NCBI GenBank assembly: GCA_026936335.1
Contig: JAPMXV010000073.1
Span: 162,431 to 226,430 of the forward strand
DNA length: 64,000 nucleotides
DNA from: Mantamonas sphyraenae STR306
Lineage: Eukaryota; Protista; CRuMs
Direction of reading: 5' to 3'
Shown here one piece after another: positions 58,344 through 64,000 of the stretch (the stretch's first letter is position 1; every line of letters starts with the position of its first letter). The notes under the pieces are model-generated. The model had not been told where the DNA came from, searched no databases, and saw only the letters and a list, made by a program, of their open reading frames with translations. The translations under genes were made by a program, and so were the position numbers.

Positions 58344-59981
58344 ATGGTGTTGGGAAAACATGGATGGGCAGCATTATTGCAAGGCGGGGACCATGGGCGG
58401 ATTGTGGAAGCTTTGGAGGCTCAGGGAACGGTGGGTTGGCGGAAAGAAATCGGGAGGGAGTTTTGACGAGCATGACGTTTGATCGTTGCACAAGGGGGAG
58501 GGAAGGAGAGATGGGTGTAGGATGGGTGTGATGGTGTGTAGACAGGGGTAGAACATGTGTTGACACGACACACACAGAAATTGGACCTTGCACGAAGGGT
58601 GCTGGGACCCAAAAGTGTCGCTGCACTGGCCGAGGCGCTAGCTCAGAACAGCAGCTTGCAGACACTGGACCTCGACAGCAACAGTATCGGGGACGAAGGT
58701 GCAGCAGCACTGGCGCAGGCACTGAGGGAGAACAGCAGCTTGCAGACACTGGACCTTGGTCGCAACAGCATCGGGGCAGAAGGGGCAGCAGCACTGGGGC
58801 AGGCATTGAGGGAGAACAGCAGCTTGCAGATACTACACCTCAGCTGGAACAGCATCGGTGCAGATGGAGCAGTAGCACTGGCGCAGGCACTGAAGGAGAA
58901 CAGCAGCTTGCAGACGATCTTCCTCCACAACAGCAGCATCAGGGCAGATGGAGCAGCAGCACTTGCCCAGGCACTGAGGGAGAACAGCAACTTGCAGACA
59001 CTGTATCTCGGATGGAACAGCATTGGGGACGAAGGTGCAGCAGCACTGGGGCAGGCATTGTGTGAGAACAGCAGCTTGCGCACACTGGACCTCGGAAAGA
59101 ACAGCATCGGAGCAGAAGGCGCTGCAGCACTGGCACAGGCACTGAGTGAGAACAGCAACTTGCAGACACTGAAAATCAACGAAAACAGCATCGGGGACGA
59201 AGGAGTAGCAGCACTGGCGCAGGCACTGAGTAAGAACAGCAGCTTGCAGACACTACTTCTCTGGGAAAACAGCATTGGGGACAAAGGAGCAGCAGCACTG
59301 GGGCAGGCACTGGGTGAGAATAACAGCTTGAAGACACTGAGTCTCTGGGAAAACAGCATTGGGGACCAGGGGGCAGCTGCACTGGGACAGGCGTTGTGTG
59401 TGAACAGCAGCTTGCAGACACTGAACCTCGAAAGCAACCGCATCGGGGACGAAGGAGCAACAGCACTGGCGCAGGCGATGAATGCCAATCGGTCGTGCTG
59501 GAGGATCGACGGCGTTCGCGATGACGCGTTGCAGTCGCTGCTGGAGAGAAACAAGGAGCAGCATGTGGAGTTTGTGGAGTGTGGGGATGTGGAGAAGATG
59601 AGAGAGTTGAGGGGATGGGGTGTGCCTGTGGACACGTTTGCAGGGGAGGGGGGGAGGATGACTGCGCTGGAGAGTGGGTTGAGGGGGGGGGATGAGGGGA
59701 TTGTGGAGGTGTTGCGGGAGTGGGGTGCAAAGCCGAGGATGAAAGTGGTGGTGATGGTGAGGAAGGCAGGGTGGAGGAAGGCGTGGCATTGGATTGGATG
59801 GGGTGGACAGGTGGATGAGGCGATGGAAGTGGCGTTGGTGATGAATGGGGAGGAGAGGGAGGCGATGTTTGAGTGTGGAGGGATGGAGGAGTATGTGGAG
59901 GAGAGAGGGTGGGAAGGATGGGTGACACTGCCAGATGAGGTGATGGAGAGGGTGGTGCAGTGGGTGGGGAGGGGAGGGTGA
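58344..59981 (+). CDS. LRR-ANK-F-box-like protein, copy 13 (10 LRRs); exons 58344-58430, 58578-59981
   Basis: Exon 1 MVLGKHGWAALLQGGDHGRIVEALEAQGT is homologous to the array exon 1; GTGGGT..TTGAC..(AC)nCAG intron; tail GWVTLPDEVMERVVQWVG. Confidence 0.85.
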
Positions 59982-60000
59982 CTGGGAATGAAAGGGTGGT

Positions 60001-63000
60001 TCATTCGAGGCGTTGGCGTTTGGAGGAGGAGGAGGAGGGAAAGAAAGGGTCTTTGCGCTTGGGCAGCGTGAAGGAGGGGATGGGGTAGGCGTTGACGAGT
60101 GCGACTGTGGTGGGGCGTGTGGTGATGTGGGGTGTGATGCGGTCGATGAGGGTGTGGAGGAGGGTGTGCAGTGTGGCGTCGCTGCGTTGGGGGTTGTCGA
60201 GCCAGGCGATCTTGAGGGAGAGGGAGGTGACGCCGCGGGTGAGGGTGGCGCTGATGGCAGGGCAGACCTGCTGGTAGGTGAGGTGAGGTCTGAGGAGGCG
60301 GACAAAGAAGGCCAGGTCGACAGGCGGCACGCCAACGTTGCCCAGCGCCAGGATGATGTGTCGCAGCAGGGACAGCAGGTTGCCGTTGTTGATCAGCTCA
60401 CGGAGTGCCTGGTGCTCGTGTGCGTGCTGATGGCGAGGGTGCTTAGCTGCGCGTGCCTTCATGTGTGCCAGCAGCGTCTGGAACTCCCGCGCCGTGCAGC
60501 TGCCACGCTCATCGCTGAGACGGCTGCTCCAGCCACTGCGCACAGACTCTGGATGCCACTTTTCCACGTCGGTGTTGGTGAGGAGGTGGTCATAGTCGCA
60601 ATGTGTCCAGTGTGGGTCGCTGTTGTTGTCAGCAGGGCGTCGTGCTTTCTGCAGCCACAGCTGGGTCTGCTTGTGTTTCTTCCAGGTGGTGGGATGGGGC
60701 CTGTTGCCAAAAGTGTCCATCTCAGTCATAAGCAGGTGGAGGAGGGCGTAGTTGGGGTCGCCGTGGTCGTGTGGCTCCTCCAGCCAGCACACCTTCAACC
60801 CAGCCTTTGTCACACCCATGGCCAGACATGCGTCGTGGACGGCACTGCCGCACGCCTGTTGATCCATTTCACGGCCGAGAAGGGTGAGGCAGAAGGCCAT
60901 GTCGCCCTGGGAAAGGGTAATGTTGCCCAGAGCGAGCTGAATCTGTCGGACCAGCGTCAGCAGGGTGCCATGGCAGACTACAACACGCGCCTGCAGGGTC
61001 ATGAGATCAGAGATGTCGTCGTTTGGATGCTCGTTGGCCAGAGTTTGCATGTGATTCAGCAGTGCCGTGTGCTCCTTCTTGTTGCTGTGGGTGCGCTCGC
61101 TCTTGCGCCAGTTTGTCCAACCACTGCGCACGACGCCATCTGGCACCCCATCCTCCACGGCCATCTTCTCCTCCTCTGTGGGATCAGGAAGAATAAGCTC
61201 GGGGATGTCGAGGGTGATGACGGCATCGATGGTGGTGGGTCGATTGGTGATGTGGGGTGTGATGCGGTCGATGAGGATGTGGAGGAGGGTGTGCAGTGTG
61301 GCGTCGCTGGGTTTGGGTGTGTCGAGCCAGGCGATCTTGAGGGAGAGGGAGGTGACTCCGCGTGTGAGGGTGGTGCTGATGGCACGTTGAACCTGCTGGT
61401 AAGCGAGATGTGGCCTGAGGAGGCGGACAAAGAAGGCCAGGTCGACAGGCGGCACGCCAACGTTGCCCAGCGCCAGGATGATGTGTCGCACCAGGGAATT
61501 CAGACTGTCGTTGTTGATTAGCTCACGCAGTGCATAGTTCTCGTGTGTGTGCTGATGGCGGGGGTGCTTGGCTGCGCGTGCCTTCATGTGTGCCAGCAGC
61601 GTCTGGAACTCCCGCGCCGTGCAGCTGCCACGCTCGTCGTTGGGATTGTGCGTTGCCCAGCCACTACTCACAGACTCAGGATGCCACTTGTCAACCTTGG
61701 TGGTGGTGAGGTGGTGGTCGTAGTCGCATTGTGTCCAGTGTGGGTCGCTGTCGTTGTCAGCAGGGCGTCGTGCTTTCTGCAGCCACAGCTGGGTCTGCTT
61801 GTGCTCCTTCCAGGTGGTGGGATGGGGTTTGTTGCCAAGTGTGTCCATCTCAGTCATGAGCAGGTGGAGGAGGGCGTAGTTGGGGTCGCCGTGGTCGTGT
61901 GGCTCCTCCAGCCAGCACACCTTCAACCCAGCCTCTGTCACACCCTTGGTCAAACCAGAGTCACGGATGGCAGCACTGCACGCCTGTTGATCCACGTCAT
62001 GGCCGAGAAGGGTGAGGCAGAGGGCCACGTCGCCCTGGGAGAGGGGAATGTTGCCCAGAGCGAGCTGAATCTGTCGGACCAGCGTGGTCGTGGTGCCATG
62101 GCAGACCACAACACGCGCCTGCAGGGTCATGTGGTCGGGGATGTCGTCGATAGGATGCTCATTGGCCAGGGTGTGCATGTGCTTCAGCAGTGCCATGTGC
62201 TCCTTCTTGTTGCTGTGGCTGCGCTCGTCACTGTGTCCCTTTGTCCACCCTTTGCGCACAACACCACCTGGCAACTTGTTGGTCTTGTTCACGCCTGCTG
62301 TCTTCCGTGCGCTTGTGTCTCCGTTCTTGGCCCTCCTTGCCAATGTGCTCGACGTTCCTGTCTCTGTGCCGCTGCCAGCCGTGACCCTGAGTCTGCGCTG
62401 TCCGCTGCCTTTCATCGGTTGTGGATCAGTGCGACGGCTGTTTTGGCCTCTGCGACGCCGTATGTGGCCTCTACTTGTGCGTCTCGGCTGCCATTCGTCC
62501 CTGTCCTCCTGCTCCATGTCGTCTGCGTCGTCGTCGCTGTCGTCTTGCAGCATGTACTCCTCATCCATGGCATCATCAATATCTGCGAAACTGAGTGCGC
62601 CCTGAGTGTCCAACCCGTCGTCCACGTGCTGCTGGGTTGCGTCGTTTGCCTCGCCGTCTTCTTCGTACGCCTCCATCCATGAACTGGTCATCCACTCTGA
62701 GTTGCTGGAGTTTGACCGTGGTTCACGGTGGCCAAAGTTGAGAAACATCAGGTCTTCCACGTCGCCGGTGTCATGTGTGTGGGTGTCCTGGTCTGCGTCG
62801 TCGGCGTCGCTGTCTCCAGTCTGCCGTGTGGCCTGGTTGGAGGAGGACGACGTTGTGGTGGTGGATGTTGTCCGTGTGATGCCCACAAAGGCAGGACTGA
62901 TGCGTTTGGGGACGCGGTTGTGGTTTCCGGTGGGTTGAGCAGGCGGAGGGTGCAACGGAGGCTGAGCGAAGTGCACATGGGCGGTTTGTCGCGGCTGAGG

Positions 63001-63573
63001 AGGCGGCGGAGGAGGGTAGGCGTAGTATGGGTGGCCCTGATGAGCATATGCGTGGGGTTGCTGGGGGTGGGTGTTGACAGGGACCCAGATGATGGGTGGT
63101 TGTGGGTTCTGGTACGGGTTTTGTACGCCAGAGGCGGGCAGCATGTGCGGAAACGGCTGGGCAGCCATGGGAGGGACCATGTACGCGTAGCTGTGTGGGA
63201 GACGGTGAGGGGCAGGGCGGGGTGGGAACGGTGAGCGGAAGGCGGTATGGACGCCGTCAGAGCAGAAGCGGGGTGAAGGGCGGCTGGAACGAGCAAAGAG
63301 GGAAAAACGGAGGAGATTGGCAGACCGGGAAACTGGCAGCGGGGAGGGCAGTGACAGGGGAGATGGGAACGAAGAAGAGCGGAAAAGGCAGCGGCGGTGG
63401 TGATGGGCAAGTGGAGATGCAGGGGAGGAGTGCAGGGAAGCAACGGAGGCATGGAGGAGGCAAAGAAGAGGGAGGAGCGGGCAGTCAGAAAACGGAGTGG
63501 AAGGCAGAACGCACGCTGGGTAGGTGTTGGATGTGTGTTGTTGCTTCGGAGTGCTTGAATAGTCCTTGGCCAT
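60001..63573 (-). CDS. Telomere-proximal hypothetical protein: Pro/acidic low-complexity N-half, tandem-duplicated ~375-aa domain, basic NLS-like C-terminus (start and possible 5' intron uncertain)
   Basis: Open frame of >3.5 kb; the internal repeat preserves the frame; ends PKRKDPFFPSSSSSKRQRLE. Confidence 0.7.
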   Translation of the reverse strand: MAKDYSSTPKQQHTSNTYPACVLPSTPFSDCPLLPLLCLLHASVASLHSSPASPLAHHHRRCLFRSSSFPSPLSLPSPLPVSRSANLLRFSLFARSSRPSPRFCSDGVHTAFRSPFPPRPAPHRLPHSYAYMVPPMAAQPFPHMLPASGVQNPYQNPQPPIIWVPVNTHPQQPHAYAHQGHPYYAYPPPPPPQPRQTAHVHFAQPPLHPPPAQPTGNHNRVPKRISPAFVGITRTTSTTTTSSSSNQATRQTGDSDADDADQDTHTHDTGDVEDLMFLNFGHREPRSNSSNSEWMTSSWMEAYEEDGEANDATQQHVDDGLDTQGALSFADIDDAMDEEYMLQDDSDDDADDMEQEDRDEWQPRRTSRGHIRRRRGQNSRRTDPQPMKGSGQRRLRVTAGSGTETGTSSTLARRAKNGDTSARKTAGVNKTNKLPGGVVRKGWTKGHSDERSHSNKKEHMALLKHMHTLANEHPIDDIPDHMTLQARVVVCHGTTTTLVRQIQLALGNIPLSQGDVALCLTLLGHDVDQQACSAAIRDSGLTKGVTEAGLKVCWLEEPHDHGDPNYALLHLLMTEMDTLGNKPHPTTWKEHKQTQLWLQKARRPADNDSDPHWTQCDYDHHLTTTKVDKWHPESVSSGWATHNPNDERGSCTAREFQTLLAHMKARAAKHPRHQHTHENYALRELINNDSLNSLVRHIILALGNVGVPPVDLAFFVRLLRPHLAYQQVQRAISTTLTRGVTSLSLKIAWLDTPKPSDATLHTLLHILIDRITPHITNRPTTIDAVITLDIPELILPDPTEEEKMAVEDGVPDGVVRSGWTNWRKSERTHSNKKEHTALLNHMQTLANEHPNDDISDLMTLQARVVVCHGTLLTLVRQIQLALGNITLSQGDMAFCLTLLGREMDQQACGSAVHDACLAMGVTKAGLKVCWLEEPHDHGDPNYALLHLLMTEMDTFGNRPHPTTWKKHKQTQLWLQKARRPADNNSDPHWTHCDYDHLLTNTDVEKWHPESVRSGWSSRLSDERGSCTAREFQTLLAHMKARAAKHPRHQHAHEHQALRELINNGNLLSLLRHIILALGNVGVPPVDLAFFVRLLRPHLTYQQVCPAISATLTRGVTSLSLKIAWLDNPQRSDATLHTLLHTLIDRITPHITTRPTTVALVNAYPIPSFTLPKRKDPFFPSSSSSKRQRLE
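60100..62275 (-). repeat. Direct tandem repeat, period ~1125-1128 nt (two copies), inside the subtelomeric ORF
   Basis: GGTGATGTGGGGTGTGATGCGGTCGATGAGG at 60121 and 61246; TCCTTCTTGTTGCTGTGG at 61073 and 62201. Confidence 0.92.
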
Positions 63574-63845
63574 GGTGGTGGTGGTGGTACTGGAGTGTAT
63601 ATGGATTGTGTTGGACTGGACTGGAGGGTGTTGTCGGTGTTGGTGATACTTTGGTTGAAGGCGCATGGGCAGTGCTGACTGCGCGGCGTTGCAGGACAAC
63701 GGCCACTCACCAGCGACATTTCCACCCCCACCTCTTACCCACAGCCCCATGTCAGCACCCACCTCAGCCACCCCGCCAGCAGACACAAGCACGACTCATA
63801 TGACATAGACCAGACTTAACACCTAATCACTTATCAAGTTAAGAG

Positions 63846-64000
63846 TTAGGGTTAGGGTTAGGGTTAGGGTTAGGGTTAGGGTTAGGGTTAGGGTTAGGGT
63901 TAGGGTTAGGGTTAGGGTTAGGGTTAGGGTTAGGGTTAGGGTTAGGGTTAGGGTTAGGGTTAGGGTTAGGGTTAGGGTTAGGGTTAGGGTTAGGGTTAGG
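63846..64000 (+). repeat. Telomeric (TTAGGG)n tract; right chromosome end
   Basis: Perfect TTAGGG repeats to the end of the window, with the G-rich strand pointing outward. Confidence 0.98.

Noticed and set aside
1-64000. tRNA/rRNA genes or an alternative genetic code
   Set aside because: No cloverleaf or rRNA-like sequence was recognised by eye, and conserved genes translate fully with the standard code, ending at TGA, TAA or TAG.

Overview
This is the right end of a chromosome from a gene-dense, intron-containing microbial eukaryote. It ends in (TTAGGG)n at 63846-64000 and uses the standard code; a Cet1-type triphosphatase and a sterol C24-methyltransferase argue against an animal or land plant. 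The main feature is a ~30-kb quasi-palindromic locus (~3800-34000). Eight tandem + strand genes and three - strand genes of one family converge on an inverted duplication of SMT1. The family architecture is a 30-aa N-terminal exon, 9-18 RI-like 28-aa LRRs, ankyrin-like repeats and a near-invariant C-terminal domain ending in an F-box/PRANC-like motif. The LRR modules are mosaic between copies and vary at the exposed beta-strand positions, which suggests a diversifying receptor or E3-adaptor system (inference). Two divergent members lie at 55963-59981. The rest encodes two exportin-7-like proteins, a soluble-adenylyl-cyclase/STAND protein with a degenerate P-loop, adenosine kinase, a DHHC palmitoyltransferase, Rcf2/HIG1, Cet1, PIG-B, a Clu-domain protein, a tail-anchored zeta (CDCA1-like) carbonic anhydrase and a telomere-proximal protein with an ABAB domain repeat. 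Exon and intron coordinates were inferred by eye from splice motifs and frame continuity; family assignments come from remembered motifs, not database searches.
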